Shown here piece by piece: positions 14,083-27,276 of a stretch of 64,000 nucleotides of DNA. The DNA comes from Octopus sinensis (lineage: Eukaryota). A model generated the notes under the pieces. The model was not told the origin of the DNA. It made no database searches and was given only the letters and a program-made list of their open reading frames with translations. A program made the translations under genes and the position numbers. Numbering within the stretch: the first letter of the stretch is position 1; every line of letters begins with the position of its first letter. Where the stretch lies: contig NC_043008.1 of assembly GCF_006345805.1 (NCBI RefSeq), positions 43,462,001 to 43,526,000 of the forward strand, written 5' to 3'.

Positions 14083-14512
14083 GTGAATTATACCAGTAAT
14101 TCAAAAGGTATGGCCTAACGTGCCACGCAGGATGGACGTATTGGTCACATGGTTCTGAGTATACAATAATACGTTTTCGACTCTTTATCTACTTCATCAA
14201 ACATTCCTAGAGCTAAACAAGATCAGCAACAATGAATATTAATGAAGCCAACACTTTTAGTGACAACAGTTCTATCGCGTTTCATTAAGGAAATTATTCT
14301 TAACAAATATAAATTAATAAATAATGGCAATGTCACAATTCCTGAAATTTCTGAAGGCTCCGAGGTTAATAGGAGGCGCTTACTCAAAGTGCTGCGCACT
14401 GGGTTTCACAATGAACCACGTGATTGCGAAACAATCGTTTTAGACACACGGGTATGTCTGTCCTCAATGTTACATTTATAAACAAGAAAGCAGAAGTTAA
14501 TTGGACAACTAA

Positions 14513-14897
14513 GGTGACGAGCTGGCAGAAACGTTAGGATGCCGAGTGGAATGCTTAGCAGTATTTCGTCTGCCGCTACGTTCTGAGTTCAAATTCCGCT
14601 GAGGTCGACTTTGCGTTTCATCCTTTCGGGGTCGATTAAATAAGTACCAGTTACGCACTGGGGCCGATATAATCGACTTAATCCATTTGTCTGTCCTTGT
14701 TTGTCCTCTCTGTGTTTATCCCCTTGTGGGTAGTAAAGAAATAGGTATTTCATCCGGTTTCACGTTCTGAGTTCAAATTCCGCCGAGGTCGACTTTGCTT
14801 TTCATATTTTCGAGGTCGATAAATTAAGTACCAGTTGAGTACTGGGGTCGACTTAATCCCTCGCTTGAAATTACTGGCCTTGTGCCAAACTTTGAAA
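14513..14897 (+). mobile_element. SINE S1 dimer
   Basis: Second unit restarts at GGTATTTC (14744), about 184 bp after the first (14560). Confidence 0.88.
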
Positions 14898-16487
14898 CGA
14901 ATAAGTTAAACAACTTGTAAACGATTAATAAAAATATCCTTAATTTTCATATCGTAACTGACAATTGGAAACGGGGACAGAAAATATTTTCCCGTCAGTA
15001 ATTTAACGAGAGAGATGTGAAAAGCAATTAAAAATTATAATTAAAATTCATAACAACGGCGGTATTGACCTCCACAGTGTTTTTTTAATTTTTTTTTTGC
15101 CAGATGAATAACAAATGTTCCAAGCATCATATTTTCCACTTCCAACTGTAAATAAACTTACTCTAATAAAGCCTTACTTTCGAATTTTATGGATAACTTT
15201 GTCTAACACATATCACCAACACCAAACTCCTCTACCAGCACCATTTTTCTTACATTCAGGAACTTACCGTAGATAATCGCCGTTCCTTGATTTGATTGGT
15301 TGATTATTTTCCCTTTTATTGATATGCTCGATTTTAAACTTGCATATGGCAGGTGAATATTGGATATAAATAGATTTCTTCAGAAAATAGTAATTTTAAA
15401 ATGCAAGCTGGTTAGTCAAATCACAAAGCAATTGAGGTGAATTCGTTTCAGCGTGATACGTTATTTGGTTTTTCCGATAACGAACAGGTTCAATGTTTAA
15501 ATGATTACCTAAAACGAGAGCTCGACTCTTTTGTCAATAAAAATTGATCGAAGAAAATGTCATTTAATTTCAATTTTCAATTTCTTCACAGCGGCACGTT
15601 GCCTTAATGAGTTATTATTTCATCTAATTTAACCTTTTTTCCTAATTACATATACGAGAAAGAACGCATGGACAAATCGATACGTAACAGTAATGGCCTA
15701 GTAGTTAACAAATTTACTTTGGAACCGCTTGATTTCAAGTTCAATTCCACTGTCTTGGACGTGGGTCTTTTACTGTAGCCATAGACTGATCGTCACCTTG
15801 TGAATAAAGCTTAGTAACCGGGAACTATAGAAGACTTCCGTATGTGTGCGCATGAGCAACGTGTGTGTTTCTGCGAGTCTTATTTCTACTTTATATCTTA
15901 CCTCTCTTCTATCTACCTTACCTTTTCACACGATGAGATAAATATTAATTCTTTAATTTATCCTTCATTTATTTTTAAACCTTAATCCAATAAATCCCCT
16001 CCTATAAACCCCTAACTCTAACTCCCACTCATAAATAATTTAACATTCAACTAGATTTTCCTTTCTCGACTACCTACATACCCATAACCCCATAACCCCA
16101 ATGCTAAAAATAACTCTACAGCCACTGACCTTAGCCAGAACACAAGCAGTTACTACTAGATTTCCTCCCCAACAACTTTAGGTTCCAAGATTACCAGTCA
16201 TCTACTAATCTCTTTAAATCCCTTTCATTTTGCTCTATTATTTCCTATCTTCCTCTACCTCCTCATCCTCTCTCTTATCTTCTCGGCTAACCCGTACACA
16301 ATTATTAGACACCATACACATATGCTCCTTACTTTATCCTATAGCCAATCCTTAAAATCCCCCACCTCTCTCTATCTACCTCTCTTTCTATTTCTTTTCT
16401 TTTCTTTTACTATTTAATATCATTTAAAATTGTTAAATTGAATTTATCCCTGTAAGTTTTGGAATTATATTCCCTACTATCATTATT

Positions 16488-16523
<36 letters not shown>

Positions 16524-16587
16524 GTGTGTGTCTGTGTGTGTGTGTGTGGTGTGTGTGTGTGTATATATATGTATGTATATATGTATA

Positions 16588-16638
<51 letters not shown>

Positions 16639-16665
16639 ATATATGCAGGTATATGTATATACATA

Positions 16666-16701
<36 letters not shown>

Positions 16702-17702
16702 CATATGTATCTATGTATCGCGGCAAAACGTATGACGAATCGAGGTTGTCATGCGTCCTACATCTGTATCTCCATAAGTGTCTATAACTGTATCATTCAG
16801 TAACTACATATGTAACACATATTGCTGTGCTCTCAAGAAATCCGCTTCTTTACTACGTGATTCTTTTATTCAGTCCCACAACGCGGTTCCAAGGACAGGT
16901 ATTTTCTCCCTTAAACTTTAGACTGAATACTTTTTTAATATTTTACTGTGTTGCACAAAATTCTATGTTAAACTCCCTCCGTGTACCACTTTATCTTTCA
17001 TCTTCTCAGCAGCCACAAGCAATATTAAAATATTAAAATTTATTTCTTGTTTAGATTCCAAAATTCAACTACTTTTGAGATCTTAAGATTTGGAGCTGCG
17101 TTAGCAATTCAAGAAACGTGAAATTCTATTTTGTCCTTTTTCTTTTTTCATTAAGAAACGTTTTAATATACATATTCAGTAATACGTAGAACATTCTCGA
17201 CAAAAATTACTCTGGTGCTTAAGTACGAAACCAATATAGAAATATATTCTCCTGCCTTCTGTTCGTTTTAGAAATTCACATACGTCAGAAACACTTTGAA
17301 CGGAGATCCTGTTTGATTTAAAACGAGATTCAATCAATTTTAGCTGATTTGGAGGTAATAAACCGAAAACCATTGAAATCTTCTCACCTGCTCCTTCTTG
17401 TATACAAACATGGCTGATTCAATGGTGTTTGGTAAATAAAGGCCAAGATTAATTTCCAGATAAAATTACTTCTTAGAAAAGTTTCTTAGAACTATCAATG
17501 ATGTAGTTTCGAGTAGATGTCTTCGCTATAAGAGACACACGCCGGCGTTATATTTCTATTAAAGGGAGCCATTATTAATAGATTTCGCTAATCGATGAAA
17601 GAAACGATACTTCAGGTTTATTTCTTTATCTCTTAATGAAACAAAATAGAAATTTCAATTTGTTTCAGCACATATATATAACAGGTGTGTGTACGTGTGT
17701 GT

Positions 17703-17753
<51 letters not shown>

Positions 17754-18299
17754 TTGAGTGTGTGAGCTAAAGACACCGGACAATCTTGAAGTTTCAGTCC
17801 GAAGTTTTCTGTCTCCAAATACACGATGCACTATAAGTAGGTGTTAATTGTTGCTAGTGTTGGTAGTGTCGTTGCTTTTGCTGTTGTTGTTGTTGTTGTT
17901 GTTGTTGTTGATGTTTGTGGTAGGGTCGGCCCAGATCCCGCTGACCTCCACTAAAAACCGCTTCGGTCGTGATCATTTTATCGGTATAGTTTATGTGTGT
18001 GTGTATTTGTGTGTGTTTGTCTTTTACCAAAATGTGCAAAGCTTGTTGTGTTTACGGTAAAAAAAAGAAACCCATGTTATTTGCATGAGAAAATATAAGA
18101 CTGAGCTTCATCTGCGGAATGCTGTCGAGCCTGTTCCCAGTCATTACTTGCAACAATGTTGTTCTTCTTACTGCGTTAGTCAAATAACGCTTCTTTTTCA
18201 TGCCACCTTTTGTAAATTTCTTCTAGTTACTTACCCACTAGCCCAAAATTGCTGGCCTTGTGCCAAAATTTGAAATCATTGTTGTTGCTATTGTTGTTA

Positions 18300-18522
18300 A
18301 GGCAGCGAGCTGGCAAAATGGTTAGCACGCCAGAAAACAAAAATGCATAACTACATTTCGTTCGTCTTTGCGTCCTGAGTTCAAATGTTACCGAAGTCGA
18401 CTTTTCCTTTCTTCCTTTCGCAGTCGATGAAATATTAATAAGTACCAGTCATGCACTGGGGTCGATGTAATCGACTTACCCCTTTCCCCGAAATCGCTGG
18501 CCTTGTGCCAAAATTTGAAATC
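18300..18522 (+). mobile_element. SINE S1 variant (tail GCTGGCCTTGTGCCAAAATTTGAAA)
   Basis: S1 head and central domain. Confidence 0.85.
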
Positions 18523-18864
18523 ATAATCGTTGTTGTTGCTGATACTGGTGTTGTTGTTGTTCTTGTTGTTCTTGTTCTTGTTGCTGTTACTGTTGTTATT
18601 CTTAATATCAATTTGGCTCGTGGACTTTTATTTTTTCTTCAGTAATTCCACCACCACCAAAACCGCCGCCACCGCCACCTTCACCTACACCCATCCCTTA
18701 CAATTGTATTTATAACTTGTTGCGTGACAAAATCTCAGAATATATTTCTTTAATTAATTTCCTTTTTACACAAATTATTTCCGCAATTGCTCTCAAAAGG
18801 TAAACAAAAGGCTAACTCACTCCTTCTTTTTCTTCTTCTTCTTCTTCTTCTTCTTCTTCTCCTT

Positions 18865-18913
<49 letters not shown>

Positions 18914-19148
18914 CGCTACTATAACTTCTTAGTCATCATCATCACCGTCACCGTCATCATCTTTTATTTATTTATTTATTTTACTTCTATTTTACCTATT
19001 CTCCTCTGTTATAAAACATTTCCTTTGTCTCACCATGCCCACCACCGCTTGCACCCCGAACCCACCCCCACCAACAATAATCAGCATCATCATCATCTTC
19101 ATCATTGTCTTATCTCAATATTTCTACAAAAACGTGTTTGAAAATATG

Positions 19149-19226
<78 letters not shown>

Positions 19227-19228
19227 CC

Positions 19229-19617
19229 TTTTATTCTTTTACTTGTTTCAGTCATTTGACTGCGGCCATGCTGGAGCACCGCCTTAAAGGACGTTTTAGT
19301 CAAAAAAATCGACGCCATGACTTATTTTTTGTAAGTCTAACACATATTCTATCGGACCACGAAGTTATGGGGACGTCAACATAACAACATCGGTTGTCAA
19401 GTGATGGGGGCGGTGGCACACATAGATACAAAGACGCACGCGCATAAATGTATATAAACATTATATACGACAGGCTTCTTTCAGTTTCCGTCTACCAAGT
19501 CAACTAACAAGAACTTGGTCGGTCCGAAGCAAAGACACTTGCCCAATGTGCCACGCCGTGGGACTGAACCCAGATTCATGAGGCTGGGAAGCAAGCTTCT
19601 TACCCCATAGCCACGCC
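19229..19617 (-). mobile_element. SINE S2, near full length
   Basis: Tail CAGTCATTTGACTGCGGCCATGCTGGAGCACCGCC and head on the minus strand. Confidence 0.88.
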
Positions 19618-19623
19618 TGCGCT

Positions 19624-19664
<41 letters not shown>

Positions 19665-19685
19665 TATGCATATATACATACATAC

Positions 19686-19820
19686 AGGAGTGGCTGTGTG
19701 GTAAGAAGACTGCTTCCCAACCAGATGGTTCCGGGTTCAGTATCTTCTACTATAGCCTCGGGCCGACCAAAGCCTTGTGAGTGGATTTCGTTGACGGAAA
19801 CTGAAAGAAGCCCGTCGTAT
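19686..19820 (+). mobile_element. SINE S2 5' half
   Basis: GGAGTGGCTGTGTGGTAAG...GAAAGAAGCCCGTCGTATA. Confidence 0.88.
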
Positions 19821-20079
19821 ATATGTATATATATATATATATATATATGTGTATATATATATACATATATACGACGTTCCTAGGATTTTTTCGCAGATAC
19901 ACACGTGTTGTGTGTGTGTGTGTGTGTGTGTGTATGCAGATAAATGACAGTATATACACACGCAGATTCCAAGCAATTTCTTTATTGTTACTTAAATTTT
20001 TTCTCCTTCGGCTTTTCGTTGAGGTTGATCCGTCCTGCAATTCTACAGTTGCAGATTTGAAAAGCTGAATCCTTCTTGA

Positions 20080-21050
20080 TGAGTTCGTTATTATCTTTCT
20101 ATTACATCACTTTATCCCACAATTTGTTTCTCTTGTCACTTTGAACACTTCGTTTAATATCTTTATTGCTTGAAGTCGAGCCCATGCTGCAGTCAAAGTT
20201 GTTAAGTGTCATCTTAAGTTAGAGTCTTCCATTTTCCTTTTTGACACATTCTTTCTTAGTATCAATATTCCCATCAAAGTCTTCCATCTGACGTTAGAAT
20301 CTTGCGAATTTCTATATCAATGGAGACAATTTCCTCGATTGTCCAGTCAAGAATCAAATTGTTGATTAAGCAATAGAATATCTTCTAGAAGAAAAGCATT
20401 CGACTGCCATATTTTTTAAGTCCCTTATAATATACTTTGACCGCACGACCATTGTTAACTACCCTTACGTAAGGACATATTCCCTAAACCCTAACAATGG
20501 AAGATAGAGTTATAGTTCATAAATAGATATTTGATTTGTGATGCAGGTTCTGTCACGTTCTACTATCAAAAAATCCCTCCTTATATCAGCTGAATTCATT
20601 GTTATTCCAGCTCTTTCTAAGCATGGAAGATATTTCCACTGCATGTCTTTATATCGTCAACAAAGAACTTGCGAACGATATTGAAGTAATAACCCCTAGC
20701 ATATAACCATTTGATTGGCTTTTTATAAAAGAAATACCAATTGCTTTAGTGACAAAATAAGCAAACAAACAGAATCCTTGGAATATTCCTTTCAAAAGAT
20801 CTATAACATCGGACGACCACGCTCTCTGTTACAGAGTGAGGATTATTGACCGGATCTTTTTGAGGTTTTCAATAGTAGATGTAGCTTCACCAAATTTCAC
20901 CGGTAATTATATCATCTATGGACTGACGGGATATATTGAAACCCTTTTCAGAATCAATACGGTCACAATGTTTCTTCAGTGGTTTTATTTTAATGAACAC
21001 AAATTTATTTAACAAAAGTTATTCGGTACATACTTGCATTTCTTTCTTTT
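20080..21050 (-). pseudogene. Eroded reverse-transcriptase region of an R4/Dong-like non-LTR retrotransposon
   Basis: Minus-strand motifs in the correct order: IDSEKGFN (~20936-20959), KGIFQG (~20775-20792), FVDDIK (~20647-20664), LDWTIEEIVSIDIEIRKILT (~20290-20351); multiple frameshifts and stops. Confidence 0.75.
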
Positions 21051-21916
21051 CATTTGACCATTAATTGGGCACACTACCATGTTGAACTTGGAATGGTTCA
21101 GGAGGAATTCGCTGATACCGCAGGTGTAATGTTTATATAGGATTTCTTATTTCTTAGCAAGAAACATGGCTAAAATTTCCTGACAGTTCTGTGTTTTTAC
21201 TCTTGTCAGTTCCAGAGCAAACAACTGAACATCATTTTGTCCTTCCATACTATGATTCTGTATAACATATACATCATGTCCCAATATTCAATTTTTGAGT
21301 CATTTCTCATTTTTCATACGTTTTAGTGAAAGTCTGCGATTCGAAAGTGTTTTCTCATTACGTTAGTCCGTTGCTCAAATTCCTCTTTCCATTCCAGAAA
21401 TTATGCCAAAAGGGAACATTTTCCTTATGATATTTTATCCTTCCCGTCTTCCATATAGCATTATCTGTACTTTATGAATAAATCTGTCGTTGATGTTGTC
21501 TCATTATCTCAAGCAGTAGCATGGTTAGGGTGGGGGGTTGAGGGTCAGTCCGCCCCCAGGCAACGTTTTTTATTGGGGTGGAACTTTTTTTAGTCTGCTA
21601 AATATAAGCTCGGTTACACGGAGGGTTGAGAACTCAAGGGTTACCCTGGATGGAATACACTCCAGCTACGCCTCTGCCCTCGAGTTATTGGTTTACCTTT
21701 AGTAGCTTTGAAATACACTATCCCCGTTCATTTTAGTCGTTAATTTATATTCATAAGACGACCTTGATGTACACATAAAGCATGGTTCATCTGATACATT
21801 GGCTCAGATCACCCGATTATTCTGCGGCCTGGGCGATTAATATCTTCATATTTTCTTGTGATATAGTTATTTGCTTTCACTTGGATGGTTTCCTTATCAT
21901 TTACATGTACGTGACA

Positions 21917-22110
21917 AGGCGTGGCCTAGTGCGCAGGGGGTTAGATTTACAGTCATAAAATTATGATTTCGATCCCTAAGCCAGGCGGTGCATTGCGTCC
22001 ATAGGCAAGGCACTTCATTTCAGGTTACACTTGTCTACTAAGCTGAAGTGAGTACCAATCCTGTATTAAGGCAACCTCTTTCCTTCTAGTTCTCACATCC
22101 ATGATGTTGC
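21917..22110 (+). mobile_element. Diverged tRNA-derived SINE (third type)
   Basis: GGCGTGGCCTAGTG...TTTCGATCCC head followed by GGCAAGGCACTTCAT...TGAGTACC. Confidence 0.6.
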
Positions 22111-22308
22111 GCTCGGCCAAAGATAACGGAACCAAAAGGATGTCTGCGTCGACCCAAGACTACATAGGCACCTGGAAAAATCAGCGAAAGTATGTTGCCT
22201 GTTGCCCAATAATACTCGCTATGGTTACAGTACAGATATCTCCTTGGTTAAACATTTATCTTCTACACACCAGCGATGTGTAGCAACATCTGATGGCCTG
22301 GTCGGTCA

Positions 22309-22350
<42 letters not shown>

Positions 22351-22354
<4 letters not shown>

Positions 22355-22566
22355 ATCCAAACAAGAAAGCACAAAAAAAAGCACAACAACGTGAAGACGT
22401 GGAACAAATATAGTATTATTAGAGGCTCAGGAAAGAAGGAGAGAAGGAGGGTTTAACGTTTCGAGCGGAGCTCTTCGTCGGAAACATAGGAGAAGGAAAG
22501 ATCCAGAGAAGGGAAGACAGAGGGAAAAAAATAGTCAACGGTACACACGCGGTCATATTTTGAATG
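22351..22566 (-). mobile_element. 216-bp hammerhead-bearing short element embedded in (TA)n
   Basis: (TA)n on both sides; hammerhead fold at 22451-22485; 3' flank related to the 25301-25430 and 57850-57975 elements. Confidence 0.75.
22451..22485 (-). ncRNA. Minimal type I hammerhead-like motif (U4C variant)
   Basis: GUUU-CCGACGA-A-GAGC(UCC)GCUC-GAAA-CGUU^AAAC; stems I and II pair perfectly. Confidence 0.65.
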
Positions 22567-22580
22567 TATATATATATATA

Positions 22581-22612
<32 letters not shown>

Positions 22613-22617
<5 letters not shown>

Positions 22618-22770
22618 GACAGCCTTCTTTCAGTTTCCGTCTACCAAATCCATTCACATAGCTTTGGTTCACCCGTGGTTACAGTGGAAGACATGTACCC
22701 AAGGTGCCACGCAGTGGGACTGAAACCAGAGCCATATGGTTAGGAAGCAAACTTCTTGCCTTACACCCAC
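22613..22770 (-). mobile_element. SINE S2 5' half
   Basis: CTTCTTTCAGTTTCCGTCTACCAAATCC...GGTGCCACGCAGTGGGACTGAA. Confidence 0.85.
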
Positions 22771-23368
22771 CCCTTTACATTGTGATAATAATCGTATAGA
22801 AACGTATATTGATTACGTAATGCATATTATAAGACATATTCATAAAGTTTTCAGTGATAAGATCAATAACCTTTCGCATATAAATAGTTAAGTCTTCTCT
22901 CTTCTCACTACTTTTGTCAAACATGGTCTGGAATCGCAAGATAACGCAGAAGATATGAAAACATTTATCTCAAACTGCAGTTTTAAATTGTTTTTGAATT
23001 GTTTATATTCTACAGCCATATCTGTCGAATCTACGAATGTATATGAGCTGGGTATTGAAGACGACGGTGGGGATGGTTGTAACGATGACGTCAGTGGTTC
23101 GTGCGTATGTATATATGAATGTTTATGCGTGTATACGTACGTACAAATGTGCGTGTGACTGTGCGGATGTATATGTATCCGAGCATATGCATTTATAAAT
23201 AAATGTATATATGAATACACGTATATATTCGCGTGTGTGTGGTGTCTTTGAATTAATATGTATGTATAAATGCATAGAGTCATTGATGTACATACATATA
23301 TAGATATATACATACACATATATATATATGTATGTATATATGTATGTATATATGTATGTATATATGTA

Positions 23369-23456
<88 letters not shown>

Positions 23457-24171
23457 AGTATATATGTTTCGAAGCATGTATATATACATAGTAAATATCC
23501 ATGCGTATATATCTGTATAGATAGTAGTCTAAATTGAGCAACACTGAACTTGCCATTCAGATATGCTAAAATGTGTTAAATTGGTTTCATTTTTATGCTT
23601 ATTCTTAAATTCAGGTTTTCACAGTTTTAGTTGTTATATTTTTTTGACTTATTCTGAATTCTACATTTTTTTATTTTTTTATTATTTGCGTTTCTCTCTA
23701 TTTACATCTGTGAAGTATTACTCGACGTCAATGGACACAATATTTTGTGAAGTTTTGTTCAGAGAAAAGCTGCATATTGAAAGAGAAGTAAATAATATTT
23801 GTGAGACACAAAAACGAGAATGAAACACACGCACACACACATACACACACACATACACACACAGATGCGCATTCACACGAAAATACACTCAAACACTTAA
23901 CTATTTTTTCATTCATTTTCGCGTTTCCATTTTGTTTTCTCCGTTTTGTGTATTTCAAAAGCCTTTAAGGAAACTGCAGCCAATCCTCTGCAGGAGAATA
24001 CATGTTGTGTTTACTCTAGATTACAATACTCTATAAACAGTTGCATATTTTATATATGTTTATACATATTACACAATATATATATATATGTAATAATAAT
24101 ACAAATATGATATATATGTGATATAAATAATATATATATATACGTGTGTATAATATATATATATATTATAT

Positions 24172-24284
<113 letters not shown>

Positions 24285-24401
24285 ATTGATAGATAGATAT
24301 AGATATATATTACAAAGATGTACTTGCTTAGCAAGTGACCTGATCCTATATATATATATAGGATATCTATGTTAAATAGGATATATACGATGCATAGTTA
24401 T

Positions 24402-24443
<42 letters not shown>

Positions 24444-24461
24444 GTATGTGTGTGTGTATAC

Positions 24462-24511
<50 letters not shown>

Positions 24512-24512
24512 C

Positions 24513-24660
24513 TGTAAATGTAATATGTGACAATTATTCGGTAGCCATGATAAAACTCCGAGTTTTGGATGCTGAGGTGAAATCCACGCCGCCATCTCTT
24601 CAGTTATCCGGCCATCGGAAAAATGCTATGAAAAATGACCGTTATACAAAGGAAAAATAC
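24513..24660 (-). mobile_element. Hammerhead-bearing short repeat, paralogue of 48826-48968
   Basis: About 140 bp homologous to 48826-48968 in the opposite orientation; core CUGAAGA intact but GAAA changed to AAAA (G12A). Confidence 0.85.
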
Positions 24661-25300
24661 CGTGTGATTGACCGTTATTAAGACAAAAAGGCTATTTGAA
24701 TGACTGCTAAATAAGGGGAGGGAGTAAAGGTAAGGAGGTAAAAAAAGTTCATAGTAATCGCGTAAGCGCACATGTTCATACCTACACATGCGCGTCCGCA
24801 CACCACGTGCGTGCGCCTAAAACTATACATTCATCCACCCTCACTTGAAAACGTACACATCCTCACTCTCACCGTTTGCCAAATGTATATGTACATACAT
24901 ACAAACACACACACACACACACACACGCACCATAAAGGTTCATACACACGTCTATATACGCACAAGCACAGGAAAAAACAGGGCTAAGGGTAAAAATACA
25001 GAAAAAAGGCATAAGGGATTATATAAAGAGTGAACCACGTCTATATACGCACATACCCATATGCACGCACACTCACGCGCCTATATACGCACATACCTGC
25101 ATACGCCTACATACGCACACACACGCACACACACGCACGCACAAAAATGATCATACATATGTCTATATGCGTACATACAGAAGAAAAAACAGGTCTAAAG
25201 GCAAAAATACAGGAAAATGTGTAAAAAGCACTGAGTAAAATACGTCTATATACGCACTACTCGCATGCACGCACACACGCATACCCACACGAACCTTATC

Positions 25301-25430
25301 CTGAAAAAGTGGGCAGGTCCGAAACGTCAAAGACTCTTACATTTTTCCTGAGTGTCAAACTAACAAACCTTGCTTAGTGTTCCTTCATTTGTCTCTGTCT
25401 TCTGTTTTGTATTTTGTACAATTGTTAACT
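25301..25430 (+). mobile_element. Decayed hammerhead motif plus conserved ~100-nt 3' flank
   Basis: CUGAAAA...GUCC-GAAAC-GUC; flank TTTCCTGAGTGTCAAACTAAC matches the 57.9 kb and 22.4 kb elements. Confidence 0.6.
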
Positions 25431-25432
25431 CT

Positions 25433-25472
<40 letters not shown>

Positions 25473-26791
25473 TGTGTGTGCGTGTGCGTATAAACGTACA
25501 TGCATACACACACACACGCGCATACACATATATAGAGGGGAGAAGTTAAAGAGAGAAAAAGACAGATTCTGGTGTTTATTTTCATTAACTTTTTAGCGAT
25601 TAGCAAATAAATATTCTCCAAATATGGAAATAAATATTCTACATTATATTCAGGCCACTTGAACGCAATACCATAATATAGCAACATTATTCTCCTTCAA
25701 ACCCAACGTCGTAACCTCGATCCATTTCCATTGTTCAACTCCTCAGTGTTTTTTGAAATTCATCTTGTTGTTATTGGTGTTGTTGTGTTTACATTAGAAT
25801 TACTTCAAACAATCAACATTTGTTTTTCCTCTTGAAAAATTCTCTTCAAAGAAATTCTTTCGGTTTTTTTCTTTTTTTTTTTACTATATTTTCAATTGTT
25901 TTAGATTTGTTTATGCATTTTATTCTTTAATTTTTTTTAACATTCTATTTTGATATTTTTTATTCCTGTTGTTTGAGCATTATCTCAATAAAGAAATGCT
26001 GTGGGCCAGTAACAATCGATAGAGCGGCGAACAAAATGCCTAGTGTTATTTAATTGTGTTCTTCTATGATTTTAATTCAAACCTCACTAAGCTGAAGGGA
26101 AGACTCCATTAATGCATATAGCTCCATCATCGGAGACAGTGCTATTATTATACTGAAACACATCTTGAACCGCATCTAGACAGGGACCACTCGACTCGTT
26201 GGCATGAACTTACAAACGACAAAGGAATAACTGACCTTTCTGGTAGCTACACACAAGAGAAAATGCCAGAAAGGTCAGTTATTCCTCTACAATTTTTTGT
26301 AAATTCTTAAATATATCTGTGTGTATATATACTACTAAACAAACATGATTTTTATTGAATTCTACTTTTTGAAGTTCCGTTCTGATTATTTTCTTAAATA
26401 CTTTCTTGTAAACTGTTTTTAACATTTTCTTATTATTATCAATAAATGTATATCTGCATTTTAATACTTTTGTGATAACCAGTACTTAACACAACAAAGC
26501 TTTTACATTTTACTTTTGACAATCTTTTCCTGAAAAAGTGAAACCGGTCAAATGAATAAATATCTTTAAAATAGCATTTTCAAACCTTCTTTCATATATA
26601 TATTTCCACTCGTGCGGTATCATCCAACATTACTTTGTTATATATATATATATATATACTTGCAGCCAACAAATCTAGTAAACGCACAAGACAGCCATTA
26701 TGCTCCCCACCACAAAACACCACCACGTGGACTCTATTGAGACTAGTAAGAAACAATTATGAACTTTTTATTACACTTAATTTTTTAAAAT

Positions 26792-26839
26792 ATTTTTGAT
26801 ATGGTTCGTTTTTTCAAGAAGAACCGAAACATGTAAAAT
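26792..26839 (+). ncRNA. Hammerhead-like motif with U3/A8 and A9U substitutions
   Basis: AUUU-UUGAUAU-GGUUC/GAACC-GAAA-CAUGUA^AAAU; inside a ~240-bp segment flanked by (TA)n. Confidence 0.5.
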
Positions 26840-26912
26840 CTCTAAGAAAATTAAAATTTATCTTATATAGTGGCGTTTTCAAACTTCTTTTTTATAAATA
26901 TATATATATATA

Positions 26913-27224
<312 letters not shown>

Positions 27225-27276
27225 TACGTAAGGGTGATGAGTGACGAAAAAGCTAGAACCTCACACAAAATACATT

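Noticed and set aside
15270-15380. Minus-strand segment ending ACG|GTAAGT with two open frames
   Set aside because: Unrecognisable peptides; not significant without transcript data
17388-17471. Candidate 84-nt minus-strand exon (CAG|GTGAGA donor; SNFIWKLILAFIYQTPLNQPCLYTRRS or MFVYKKEQ)
   Set aside because: Weak AAG acceptor and no recognisable homology; a few such donors are expected by chance in this much unique DNA; needs RNA-seq
21522-21677. hAT-like MITE (CAGTAGC.../...GCTACGCCTCTG)
   Set aside because: Termini match at only about 10 of 17 positions and the 8-bp TSD is poor
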